A DNA stretch of 34,790 nucleotides, filler included, from an uncultured Chlamydiae bacterium (GTDB taxonomy: Bacteria > Chlamydiota > Chlamydiia > Chlamydiales > SM23-39): assembly GCA_937899275.1 (NCBI GenBank). It is 3 parts of 3 records of this genome, joined end to end, with 100 filler letters (N's around TTAATTAATTAA, not from the genome) between each part and the next. Parts side by side here need not be neighbours in the genome. Positions count along the whole stretch, not along the records: positions 1 to 16,972 come from CALBPE010000118.1; positions 17,073 to 28,772 come from CALBPE010000119.1; 1 more part is not named here. The stretch is one strand, 5' to 3'. The stretch's first letter is position 1. Every line of letters starts with the position of its first letter. Of the stretch, positions 16,217 to 25,575 are shown piece by piece. The position numbers were made by a program, and so were the translations under genes. Under the pieces are notes generated by a model. The model searched no databases. It saw only the letters and a program-made list of their open reading frames with translations, and had not been told where the DNA came from.

Positions 16217-16972
16217 GTAGGCAAGATTCTAGGATTTGATCGATAACATCTGTAGCAGACATACCTGCAGCTGCACATATTTTTGGCATGATAGACGTGG
16301 GGGTAAAAGCAGGTATACCGTTGATTTCATTGAAGTACCAAACGCCTTTTTCCGTTAGAAAAAAATCAATACGGCAAAAGTGCCGCATGGAAAAACGGTG
16401 AAAAATCTGTTTTGCTAGCTGCTGTACCTGTTGTTTTTGCTCGAGGGTCAGATCTGCTTTTGCAGTACAAGGGGTGGGATCTTTACCATACTTTCCCTCA
16501 TAGTCATAAGGCATTTCTCCAGAAAATACTTCGGCAGGATCAAAAGCTTTTAAAGCGCTTGCATCGCCCAAAAGCGCCACTTCAATTTCTCTTCCTTGTA
16601 TCTCTTCTTCCACAAGAAGGGTTTTATCTATAGTAAAACCCGATAAAAGAGCTTGCGTTAGCTCTTCTACTGAATGCGCTTTTTTCACGCCAATACTTGA
16701 GCCAGAAGAAGCCGGTTTTATCCACCAGGGAGAAGGCAAACTAGATACCACCTCCTCTAGGCAGCCTTTAGCATCTTCTTTCCATCGTAAGTAAGTTAGC
16801 TCTACATGCTTTGCAGTAGCTACGCCCATCTCTTTTACCAGAAGCTTTGCATCTTGCTTATGCATAGACAAGCTCAGCCCCCGTCTAGAAGAAACCGCAA
16901 CAATAAAGCCGAGAGTCTCAAAAAACCCATGTAAACAGCCGTCTACTACCGTAGGTCCAAGGGTCAAGGGAA
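16185..16972 (-). CDS. ddl: D-Ala-D-Ala ligase domain (5' part lost in gap; possibly a chlamydial MurC-Ddl fusion)
   Basis: IKPASSGSSIGV, LVEEEIQGREIEV, YDYEGKY, RIDFF, NEIN.IP.FT. Confidence 0.85.
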
Positions 16973-17072
16973 NNNNNNNNNNNNNNNNNNNNNNNNNNNN
17001 NNNNNNNNNNNNNNNNTTAATTAATTAANNNNNNNNNNNNNNNNNNNNNNNNNNNNNNNNNNNNNNNNNNNN
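16973..17072. other. Artificial contig spacer
   Basis: 44 N + TTAATTAATTAA (stops in all six frames) + 44 N. Confidence 0.98.
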
Positions 17073-18360
17073 GGTGCGCTTTGAACAGCTGGCGTAGGTT
17101 GTGCGCGCGTTCTTTACGAACCGCATCTTGCATGCGTAGATCGATTTTTGCCTGCATTTTTTCTGGTTCAGATAAAGCGCTTTCATCGATTTTTGCATAT
17201 TCAAAACCTAAGTCTAGCATCACAAAATCGTCGGCCGATCCCTTTTCCTGTTTGAACCACAGCTGAATCCCTTTATCGGTCAGTTCGTATTCAGACGCTC
17301 TTTCATCTACTATAATGTACAGACTAGAAAGGGTTTTTGCTTTTTCTTCTTTGTTTTGTTCAGAATAAAAATAGGTTTCAATTTGGTCGATTTCTGCACG
17401 TAAATCGGGGTTTTCTCTTAGTTTTTTTAACGTTTTATTTCTGGGAGTTCCCTTGCTTACAAGCCAAAGATTTTTAAAAGCCTCTTTCATTTCAGGGTTT
17501 TTTTTGCGGCTCAGATTGCTTTCATCTAACACCCGTTTGGCCTCAGAGGCAAGTTGATGGCAAAGATCTTTTTGTTTGCGGATGATTTGAGAAACGCCAT
17601 CTTTTAACCGGTCATACATCTGCCTATTATTGGAACTAGGTCCAGAAATGATCAGAGGCGTTCTGGCTTCATCGATTAAAACAGAGTCGATTTCATCTAC
17701 AATAACAAAGTATCGACCCCGTTGTACCTGCTCTTCTTTACTCAGCGCCATGGAGTTATCCCGAAGATACTCAAAGCCAAATTCAGAAGCTGTACCGAAT
17801 ACGATATCTGCTTTGTAAATTTCTTGTTTTTCTTGAGGAGAAAGATGGGAGGTAAGGCACGCTACTTTAAGTCCTAACTTTTTAAAGATCACGCCGATCC
17901 ACTCGCAGTCTCTTTTCGCTAAATAGTCGTTCACAGTAACGAGATGCACCGGTTTTTCTGTAAGGGCGTGTAAATACAGCGGCATGGAGGCGGTTAAGGT
18001 TTTTCCCTCTCCTGTTTGCATCTCAGCGATGCAGCCGTGGTGCATGGCAATGGCGCCTAATATTTGGACATCATAGGGGACCATATCCCATTTTTGCTCA
18101 TAGCCAGATACATGGATTTTCTCTCCTACCAGCCGGCGGCAAAGGTTTTTTACTGCAGCATACGCCTCTGGAAGAAGGTCGTCTAAAGAAGCGCCTTTAC
18201 GCAGTCTTTTTTTGAATTCATCGGTCTTTTCAAAAAGCTGTTGGTCAGAAAGGCTTTGGTATTTTTTTTCAAAATCGTTTACGAGAGCAACAATTTTATG
18301 ATATTTTCTAAGTTTTCTGCTTTGGGCTGTTCCAAAAACTTTTTTTAATAGACCAAACAT
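17073..18360 (-). CDS. secA: Preprotein translocase SecA (3' part lost in gap)
   Basis: PYDVQ, AEMQTGEGKTL, VHLVTVNDYLAKRD, IVDEIDSVLIDEARTPLIISG. Confidence 0.97.
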
Positions 18361-18399
18361 TTCTTTATGCCCTTTAGTAATAGTAATTTAAAATAATAT

Positions 18400-19359
18400 A
18401 TGATTAAAGCTTTTTTTTCAAGAGTAAAGCGGCGCAACAATAACGTTTATTATATTGATCGCGTTTCTAAAAAAAAACAGAAAGAAAAAATATACGGAGA
18501 AAAAGCGCTCCTTTTTTTATATGGGAAAAGCTCTTTTTGGCTGATTCCTTGGGTCTTTATAGCCCGCTTTTTCGTTGCTAAATTGCCGTTTTTTTCCCGC
18601 ATGTATGGCGCTTTACAAAAAACTTCGTATTCCAGAAAAAAAATTTTACCATTTATTAAGCAATATGCCATTGATCCAGAAGAATTTCAAGATCCTGTAG
18701 CTACATTTTCTTCGTTTAACGCATTTTTTATTCGTAAACTAAAACTATCGGCAAGGCCGTTTGATCAAAAACAGCAAACCATCGCCGCTTTTGCAGAAGG
18801 AAGGTATCTTGTTTTTCCCGATGTAGATCAGGTAGATCAGATCTATGTCAAAGGGCAAAGTTTTTCTTTAACCTCTCTTTTACAAAGTAAGAAAAAAGCA
18901 GAAACCTACCGGTCAGCAAGCTTAGTTTTGGCAAGACTTTGTCCTGCCGATTACCACCGGTTTCATTTTCCTGTAGACTGCGTTCCCCAAAAAGCTGCGG
19001 CTATCAACGGACCTTTATATTCGGTAAACCCACTTGCTTTGATGCAAAATATTGGCTACCTTTGGGAAAATGCGCGGGTTGTAACGGAGCTTACCGGCGC
19101 TTTTGGGCAGATGCTTTTGATCGAAATCGGCGCTACAAATGTGGGTAGTATTATCCAGACTTACGCGCCAAAAAAACGCTACTTAAAAGGAGAAGAAAAA
19201 GGCTATTTTTCCTTTGGAGGCTCCTGCATGATTGCCCTTTTTCCTAAAGGTGCGGTGGAGTTTTCTTCCGATTTACTCGAGCATACAAGTCAAGGCTTAG
19301 AAACAAAAGTGCGTTTAGGAGAAACGATAGGCAGCTGGAAAAAAGCGCTTACGTTTTAG
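18400..19359 (+). CDS. psd: Phosphatidylserine decarboxylase proenzyme
   Basis: SFNAFFIRKLK, RLCPADYHRFHFP, YSVNP, IGATNVGSI, cleavage motif GYFSFGGS. Confidence 0.95.
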   Translation: MIKAFFSRVKRRNNNVYYIDRVSKKKQKEKIYGEKALLFLYGKSSFWLIPWVFIARFFVAKLPFFSRMYGALQKTSYSRKKILPFIKQYAIDPEEFQDPVATFSSFNAFFIRKLKLSARPFDQKQQTIAAFAEGRYLVFPDVDQVDQIYVKGQSFSLTSLLQSKKKAETYRSASLVLARLCPADYHRFHFPVDCVPQKAAAINGPLYSVNPLALMQNIGYLWENARVVTELTGAFGQMLLIEIGATNVGSIIQTYAPKKRYLKGEEKGYFSFGGSCMIALFPKGAVEFSSDLLEHTSQGLETKVRLGETIGSWKKALTF

Positions 19360-19972
19360 GAAGCTGATGCAATATTGAGCAGATAGGACAGCTCGCTTCA
19401 TCATGTTTTTTTGCCGGGCAGTACGCTCTTGCAAATAAGATGATTTGTAGGTGGAGCTTGATCCAAGAAGATTTGGGAAAAAGACGGCAAAGATCTTTTT
19501 CTGTTTTAAGAACAGAGCTGCCGTCGGAAAGCCCCCACCTATTTGCGCATCTATGGATATGGGTATCCACTGGAAAAGCGGGTATACCCATCCCTTGTGA
19601 TAAGACAACAGAGGCGGTTTTTCTCCCCACGCCAGGAAGGGTTTGTAGATCTTCTAATGTCCTAGGCACTTCTCCTGAAAACTGCTCGAGTAATCGTTTG
19701 GATAAGCCCACAATTGCTTTCGATTTAGTAGGCGCAAGACCTAACGTCTTGATGATCTTGAAAATTTCTTCTTCACCTAATGCCAGCATTTTTTCTGGTG
19801 TGTCTGCTTTGCTAAATAAAGTAGGGGTTACTAAATTCACTGCCCGGTCGGTACACTGAGCCGATAAAAGTACAGCAATCAAAAGGGTATATAAGCTTTG
19901 GTGGCTTAAAGCGCCTTGAGGCTCTGGTATATATTGATCTAAAATCTGTTGGATTTTTTTGGCTCGTTTCAT
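19349..19972 (-). CDS. nth: Endonuclease III
   Basis: LIAVLLSAQCTD, HhH motif LPGVGRKTA, FPVDTH, C-terminal Cys cluster. Confidence 0.96.
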   Translation of the reverse strand: MKRAKKIQQILDQYIPEPQGALSHQSLYTLLIAVLLSAQCTDRAVNLVTPTLFSKADTPEKMLALGEEEIFKIIKTLGLAPTKSKAIVGLSKRLLEQFSGEVPRTLEDLQTLPGVGRKTASVVLSQGMGIPAFPVDTHIHRCANRWGLSDGSSVLKTEKDLCRLFPKSSWIKLHLQIILFARAYCPAKKHDEASCPICSILHQLPKT

Positions 19973-21351
19973 TTACCTACACAAAATTGGGAGAAAATTG
20001 AGGATAGTACATCTTCTGTTACGTTGGATCCAATCATATTGCTCAAAAGATGCAGCGCTTCTTTTAGATCAATAGCAAATAGTTCAAAGGCGGGAAGGGT
20101 GCAAAGTCCATCTGCTACTGTTTGTACATACTGGGCCGCCTTTTCTAAGCAGCTTTTATGCCGTTTTTTGCTCAACATCAGAGAGTAATTTTCTGGAGGA
20201 GCGTTCCATAATAGAGTCTCTAAACGTTTTTTTAGCTCTTCTACACCTTCAGCTGTTTTTGCAGAAAGAGCAATTTGATGGGGAAAGGTGGGGAAAGATC
20301 CATTTTTCCCCTGTTGGTATGGATCTTTGCCTAAGTCTTTTTTATTCCAGACAAGAAGGGTTTTTTCTGGATCTGCTTTTTCCATAAGCAGTAACGTCTC
20401 TGGATCAAGAGGTTTGGAGCTATCGATGACAAGTAGAATAAAATCGGCGTCTTTCGCTGCTTTTTTTGAGCGAAGGATCCCTTCTTTTTCAACGATATTT
20501 TCCGCTTTTCGAATACCTGCAGTATCGATCAAAGAAAAGCTATAGGGGCCAATTTTCAAGGTTTCTTCTAAAAGATCTCTTGTTGTTCCCGCCTCTTTTG
20601 TGACAATAGCGCGGTCTTTACGAAGAAGGGCGTTTAAAAGCGAGGATTTACCTGCATTAGGCGATCCGATCAGGCAGCAAGATAGCCCTTCTTCTAGCTT
20701 TTTTCCATCAGAAAAACTGTCTAGAAGCGTCTGCATTTCGTGTAGAACGGTTTGTAGGCGAGGCTGGATTTCCTCTTCTTTTGCAAAGGATAGCCCCTCT
20801 TCTGGGAAATCGACAGCTGCTTCAAAAATAGCGGTAATCGCTGTAAGCTCTTTTTGCCATGATTGGATTTTCTTTGATAAAGCCCCCTCTAAATGGCGCG
20901 CTGCTTGCTTCATAGAAAGCGCGTTTTCAGCAGCAATGGCGCTTTGCACAGCTTCTGCTTGCACTAGGTCAATTTTCCCATTTTGAAAGGCCCGAAGGGT
21001 AAACTCGCCTCCTTTAGCAGGCCTTGCTCCAAGAGCGCATAACTCTTCTACAATCTCTTCTGTGATGATGGGAGATCCATGGCAAAAAATTTCTACTACA
21101 TCTTCTCCCGTGTAGCTATTGGGTCCTTTCATGACTAGAATAAGCGCTTGATCGATTATTCCCTTTGTTTTGGGTGAGACAAGCGCGCCATAAAGCGCCT
21201 TATGTGACTCTGCTTCAAGAAGATCGCCTGAGAAAAGGGCGTTTGCTATAGGAGCGGCCTTTTCCCCCGAAAGTCTGATAGCAGAAACCGCCCCTCTTCC
21301 TGGAGGGGTGATGATGGCTGCAATGGTGTCTGGAGAAAATGTATAGTTCAT
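19969..21351 (-). CDS. mnmE: tRNA modification GTPase MnmE
   Basis: DTIAAI, PNSYTGEDVVE, GSPNAGKSS, GTTRD, DTAG, NKKD, IFSQFCVGK. Start reassigned to ATG 21351. Confidence 0.97.
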   Translation of the reverse strand: MNYTFSPDTIAAIITPPGRGAVSAIRLSGEKAAPIANALFSGDLLEAESHKALYGALVSPKTKGIIDQALILVMKGPNSYTGEDVVEIFCHGSPIITEEIVEELCALGARPAKGGEFTLRAFQNGKIDLVQAEAVQSAIAAENALSMKQAARHLEGALSKKIQSWQKELTAITAIFEAAVDFPEEGLSFAKEEEIQPRLQTVLHEMQTLLDSFSDGKKLEEGLSCCLIGSPNAGKSSLLNALLRKDRAIVTKEAGTTRDLLEETLKIGPYSFSLIDTAGIRKAENIVEKEGILRSKKAAKDADFILLVIDSSKPLDPETLLLMEKADPEKTLLVWNKKDLGKDPYQQGKNGSFPTFPHQIALSAKTAEGVEELKKRLETLLWNAPPENYSLMLSKKRHKSCLEKAAQYVQTVADGLCTLPAFELFAIDLKEALHLLSNMIGSNVTEDVLSSIFSQFCVGK

Positions 21352-21460
21352 GCAAAAAGTATAGAGGAAAAAGCCCTTTTTTTCTACTGGAGCATATTTT
21401 TCTCCTCCTAGCAGAAAATGCAGGTCTCTATATACAATCTCTAAAAAAGTGGGTAAAAAA

Positions 21461-21895
21461 ATGAGCCGATTGCATGCGCTTTCTTCACCAAATCTTATCG
21501 ATGATTTCTGGGAGAAAAGCCGATTTGTGACGCAAGTTAGCAGCACCTTTTGGAATATAAAGGGCCGCTTAACTATAGAGGATAGGAAAAAAAAACGGGT
21601 GTTTCAGGAAAAAGGAGCGCATCTTTACGGTACGTTTTACAACACGTGGATTTGGGAAAAAAATCAAGGCCGCCTGCTGTTATGGAAAGCGAGGCCATCT
21701 AGCAAGTTGCCTATATTTTTAGGCGAATTTTCCTCTGGGGGAAAAGACGGGCTTGTGATGCTCTTTCCCCACCTATGTGGCAAAGATACGTACCATGGAT
21801 CAATTGCGCTTTTTACCAATGGCTTTTATTTTAACTGGTCTATTTGTTGTGGAAATACAGGGCAAAAAAGCAGGGTTTCCTACAGGTATACGTAA
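21461..21895 (+). CDS. Hypothetical beta-rich protein, DUF6314-like
   Basis: Motif HLCGKDTYHG plus F.EKG and YNTWIW, recalled as typical of DUF6314; start is ATG 21461 or GTG 21449. Confidence 0.6.
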   Translation: MSRLHALSSPNLIDDFWEKSRFVTQVSSTFWNIKGRLTIEDRKKKRVFQEKGAHLYGTFYNTWIWEKNQGRLLLWKARPSSKLPIFLGEFSSGGKDGLVMLFPHLCGKDTYHGSIALFTNGFYFNWSICCGNTGQKSRVSYRYT

Positions 21896-21909
21896 CGATT
21901 TTTTCGCTT

Positions 21910-22494
21910 TTAACGCGCTTTTTGTAGCGCTGCAGGAAGAAGGGTATTTAAACTGGTATGTTCTTTTCGGACGCTTTCTACCGCTTTTTTTGCTTCTACT
22001 TGTTTGTAGCCCAAATTGACTAAAGCAGCAACCGCGTCGATACTTAAAAGATCCATAGGCTGAAGGCTTTGATCTTGCTGTAAAGAAGCGAGTAGAGAAA
22101 GCTTATCTTGCATTTCAATTAAGATCCTTCCTGCAGTTTTTGGGCCGATACCTGGAACCTTAGTGATGAGCTCTTTTTTCTGCTCTTGAATCGCTGCTGT
22201 AAAAAGAGCAAGATCGATATGTCCGATTAAGGCAAGCGCTGTTTTTGGCCCAATACCAGAGAGATCTTTCACAAGTAAAAACAGCTTTTTTTCCTGTTCT
22301 GTAAAAAAGCCGTAAAGCAGCTGAGCATCTTCTCTTACAATAAATACTGTATGGAGTTTTACCACAGAATTAAGGCTGGGAAGAGAGGAAAATGTGCTTA
22401 AAGGAATCGAGCAAATATAACCTATGCCTTGCACATCAATTACCACTTCCGTCGGGCTTTTTTTCTGTAGGGATCCTGTAATATAGTCGTACAT
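21910..22494 (-). CDS. ruvA: Holliday junction branch migration protein RuvA
   Basis: MYDYITG, VREDAQLLYGF, SGIGPKTAL, VPGIGPKTA, ALVNLGY; alternative start 22506. Confidence 0.96.
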   Translation of the reverse strand: MYDYITGSLQKKSPTEVVIDVQGIGYICSIPLSTFSSLPSLNSVVKLHTVFIVREDAQLLYGFFTEQEKKLFLLVKDLSGIGPKTALALIGHIDLALFTAAIQEQKKELITKVPGIGPKTAGRILIEMQDKLSLLASLQQDQSLQPMDLLSIDAVAALVNLGYKQVEAKKAVESVRKEHTSLNTLLPAALQKAR

Positions 22495-22970
22495 CTTGAT
22501 TGCCACTTTACACGATTTGCATGGCAGTAGGCAAGGGCTAACGCATCGGAGGCATCTTCAGGGGTGATGTCATCGATTTGAAAAAGCGCTTCTAAAGAGC
22601 GCTTTAGCGCCTGTTTGCTTGCTAAACCGTGGCCTGTAACGGCTTTTTTTCCTTCTGTTGCGCTATAAAAAGATAGGGGGATTTTCGCTTTTGCGCTGGC
22701 AATCATAAGCGCTGCATTGACGCCGTAGAGTTTCATGGAGCTTTTCACATTTTTATGGATAAACTGCTCTTCTACTGCGATATAAGAAGGAGTATGTAGA
22801 GCAATTAGCTGCTGAAATGCTTCGTGTAAATAGAGATACTTTTCTTCTAAAGAAGCGTTAGAAGGCGGCTTGATGCAGCCGTAGTCCACGATATCTAAAG
22901 GGTTTAATGAGAGAACGCCGTACCCGGCTATTCTTGTGCCGGGATCGATGCCGAGTATCTTACCATCCAT
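22440..22970 (-). CDS. ruvC: Holliday junction resolvase RuvC
   Basis: ILGIDPG, AVEEQF, KKAVTGHGLASK, DASDALALA. Start reassigned to ATG 22970. Confidence 0.95.
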   Translation of the reverse strand: MDGKILGIDPGTRIAGYGVLSLNPLDIVDYGCIKPPSNASLEEKYLYLHEAFQQLIALHTPSYIAVEEQFIHKNVKSSMKLYGVNAALMIASAKAKIPLSFYSATEGKKAVTGHGLASKQALKRSLEALFQIDDITPEDASDALALAYCHANRVKWQSRCTTILQDPYRKKARRKW

Positions 22971-23027
22971 AGAAAAATCGTACGTGATTTTTAGGAAAAC
23001 CGCAAAACAATCTTCCAAGCAGTGTAT

Positions 23028-24344
23028 CTATGAAAAGGAGTAGCTAATTTTAGGAGTGAGTTTAGCCCCATTTATTTGCGCTGTAGACGGCTTATCTAAA
23101 TGAAAAACTACGTTTAGTACAGTCTTTGCAGCTCGAAATGCGCCTTCTATCCGTTCGACCGGCTGGTATAACTCGATCGTATGCTGCATTTTTATTATAT
23201 CGTTTTGCTCATCATCTTGGGCTTTCAGTTCGATTTTTGTATGGGTATGGCATTTAAATCCTTTTTGTAGAAACTCGTATTCTACATCTCTACGAATGGT
23301 TGAAATAGCGCTTTGATACGTAGCAAGAGCTGCAAACTGCATTTTTTTCTGGGCATTTTCTTTGCCTTGAAATGCATTTCTAATGTGCGCTCGAAGAGCA
23401 GCTGCGTTGTTTTTTACAACAGCTTCATCTCCTGCCACCACCTCAATTTCTTCAGGGTAGTGCTTAGCATAAAAATCATAAGCGTCTTTGGCTGTTATCT
23501 GCTGTAAATGCGCTCTAAGCTCTTCTTCTTTTTGCGGCATCGAAAGTAGACCTGTTAGCTCTTTTTGTACGATCTCTATTTGCTTCTGAGCGTGCTTGCG
23601 GGAATCTTCTGTACTTGAAAGCTTTAAGTGGTCGATTGCGCCCCTTACTTTTAAAGAAGGCGAGATAGCAAGCAATCTGCCTTGAGGAAAAACTTCTCGG
23701 TAGATTTCTTTTTTAAAAAGCCTCTGCGTAGGGTTATCCGTATCTACTATTTTACAACGATTTTTTAACGTGTTTTCAGCGGAGCTAACAAGTGAGGAAA
23801 ATCGTGTGAAAAAAGAAGACTTTGCCTGATTTTCTAAAAGGGTTTTTGTCTGGTTATCTATGTGAAAAAATAGGGAAAATTCTTTTTTGGAAAAAAGAAA
23901 AATTACAGATAGCCTATTTTTATCTTCAGAATTCTGGCTATTTTCAGCTTCAGAATTCTGGCTATTTTCAGCTAGAGTAGCTAGATGAGAGTAGAGATCT
24001 TGGGGACTAAGTTTAGGAAAATGCATCTGCTCTTCTCGGATTAGCTGAAAGAGCTTAGGTATCTGCTGCCGTTTTTGTTTTTGTAAAAAGCTTTCGATAA
24101 CAGAGGAGATCACAAAGCGTTTAAACGCATTGAACCATCCCTTTTCCGGATTTAAGGCGTCATCCATGAGTCCAAAACCGATGCATGCCTGCTCATAAAG
24201 AAGGTTTTTTTGCACCTTCATGGTATCTCCGAAAATATTTTCTGTACAATCGCCAAGCTTATAATAGCGTTTTGAGCAGTCTTGGATCGACTTGGTCAGA
24301 TTATTTCTAAATGTTGTATGGCTATATAAAATATTTGTAATCAT
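23028..24344 (-). CDS. Hypothetical protein (438 aa)
   Basis: Long ORF with GGGGAA RBS-like sequence and an AT-rich leader; no family recognised. Confidence 0.8.
   Translation of the reverse strand: MITNILYSHTTFRNNLTKSIQDCSKRYYKLGDCTENIFGDTMKVQKNLLYEQACIGFGLMDDALNPEKGWFNAFKRFVISSVIESFLQKQKRQQIPKLFQLIREEQMHFPKLSPQDLYSHLATLAENSQNSEAENSQNSEDKNRLSVIFLFSKKEFSLFFHIDNQTKTLLENQAKSSFFTRFSSLVSSAENTLKNRCKIVDTDNPTQRLFKKEIYREVFPQGRLLAISPSLKVRGAIDHLKLSSTEDSRKHAQKQIEIVQKELTGLLSMPQKEEELRAHLQQITAKDAYDFYAKHYPEEIEVVAGDEAVVKNNAAALRAHIRNAFQGKENAQKKMQFAALATYQSAISTIRRDVEYEFLQKGFKCHTHTKIELKAQDDEQNDIIKMQHTIELYQPVERIEGAFRAAKTVLNVVFHLDKPSTAQINGAKLTPKISYSFS
23924..23973. repeat. Perfect 24-nt tandem duplication in frame (AENSQNSE x2)
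   Basis: CTTCAGAATTCTGGCTATTTTCAG at 23924 and 23948. Confidence 0.95.
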
Positions 24345-24519
24345 AAGTTCCCCTTTTAATATATTTTATCATAAAAATATGAAAAATTCAAGTATTTATT
24401 ATAAATAAAGGGGTTTATAAAGGGGTTTATTTAGAACTATTTTTAAATATCTGGTTTTATAAGGGTTACCTACTTGTTTTTATTGGCCCTTTTCTACGAA
24501 AAATGAAAAAATAACCAAT

Positions 24520-25575
24520 ATGAAAAACCCGAAAAATCTTATCATTCGGATGCCCAACTGGATTGGGGACTTTGTAATGGCGACCGCTCTTATCAGCGAT
24601 ATAAGAGAGGCGTTTCCTCGAGCAGAAATCACCCTTATGTGTCAAAAGCCTTTAGAGCAGCTTGTGTTAAAAGACACCAGAATACATGGGGTTTTATCCT
24701 TTGAGAAAAACTCGCTCAAAATCCGCAGGAGAGAGGCGAGAAAAAATGTGGTAGGCGTCATTGCCCAAGGAGGCTACGATGTAGGTCTTTTGCTGACCCA
24801 TTCCTTTTCTTCTGCGTGGCTTTTTTTCCAGGCAAATATCCCGATCAGAATTGGCTATACAGGCGATATGCGCTCGTTTCTTTTGACACAGAGCCTTTCT
24901 CGCGATAAGGCAATCCATCAGGTGGACTACTATAGAAAGCTTCTTCCTTTAATGGGAGGAAATTTGGGAAAAAATCTTCCTTCTCTACAGGTTACGGCAG
25001 AGGAAAAAAACCAGATGCAAAAAGAGCTTTTAAAAAGAGGCGTTACAGATAAGCATTACCTCATTTTAGTCAATCCTTCTGCTGCTTACGGCCCTGCAAA
25101 ATGTTGGCCTAAGGAAAAATTTCGCCGGGTGATTCAAACGCTTTTACAAGATCCATTAGTCGCGGTTTTTATCATAGGCGATAAGGCAGGTTTTCAAGAT
25201 GCAGAAACTATTCTTCAAGGTATGCGTACAAAAGCGCATAATCTTTGTGGTAAAACCACGCTTAGGCAGCTTGCTTCTTTGATGCAGGTAGCAAACCTTC
25301 TTCTCACAAATGATAGCGGCCCTATGCATATGGCAGATGCCTTGGCTTTAGATGTCGTTGCGGTATTTGGTTCAACCGACCCTAAAAAAACAGGTCCTTA
25401 TAGCCAGCCAGAACATGTTCTTTATCGTAAAGTAGACTGCTCTCCTTGCTATAAGCGCGTATGTCCCATTGACTTTCGCTGTATGGAATCTATTTCTGTG
25501 GATCACGTCCTACAAACAATTCAAGCAATCAAACGCCACCATGTTCAAAAAGTTCCTTCGAAAATGCACACCTAA
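24520..25575 (+). CDS. waaF: GT9 glycosyltransferase, LPS heptosyltransferase II-like
   Basis: PNWIGDFVMA, AYGPAKCWP, NLCGKTTL, TNDSGPMHMA, FGSTDP, CSPCYKRVCP. Confidence 0.85.
   Translation: MKNPKNLIIRMPNWIGDFVMATALISDIREAFPRAEITLMCQKPLEQLVLKDTRIHGVLSFEKNSLKIRRREARKNVVGVIAQGGYDVGLLLTHSFSSAWLFFQANIPIRIGYTGDMRSFLLTQSLSRDKAIHQVDYYRKLLPLMGGNLGKNLPSLQVTAEEKNQMQKELLKRGVTDKHYLILVNPSAAYGPAKCWPKEKFRRVIQTLLQDPLVAVFIIGDKAGFQDAETILQGMRTKAHNLCGKTTLRQLASLMQVANLLLTNDSGPMHMADALALDVVAVFGSTDPKKTGPYSQPEHVLYRKVDCSPCYKRVCPIDFRCMESISVDHVLQTIQAIKRHHVQKVPSKMHT

Noticed and set aside
16973..17072. TTAATTAATTAA palindrome flanked by Ns (also at 28773..28872) as a biological repeat or insertion site
   Set aside because: An identical 100-nt construct with six-frame stops is a standard contig linker. 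Adjacency across it carries no information, and ddl, secA, nnr and asnS are truncated by the assembly, not pseudogenes.
21352..21546. N-terminal extensions in the ORF track for mnmE (also Nudix, khpA, cutA, ruvC and the second GT9)
   Set aside because: Longest-ORF artefacts; downstream starts match family N-termini and remove implausible overlaps.
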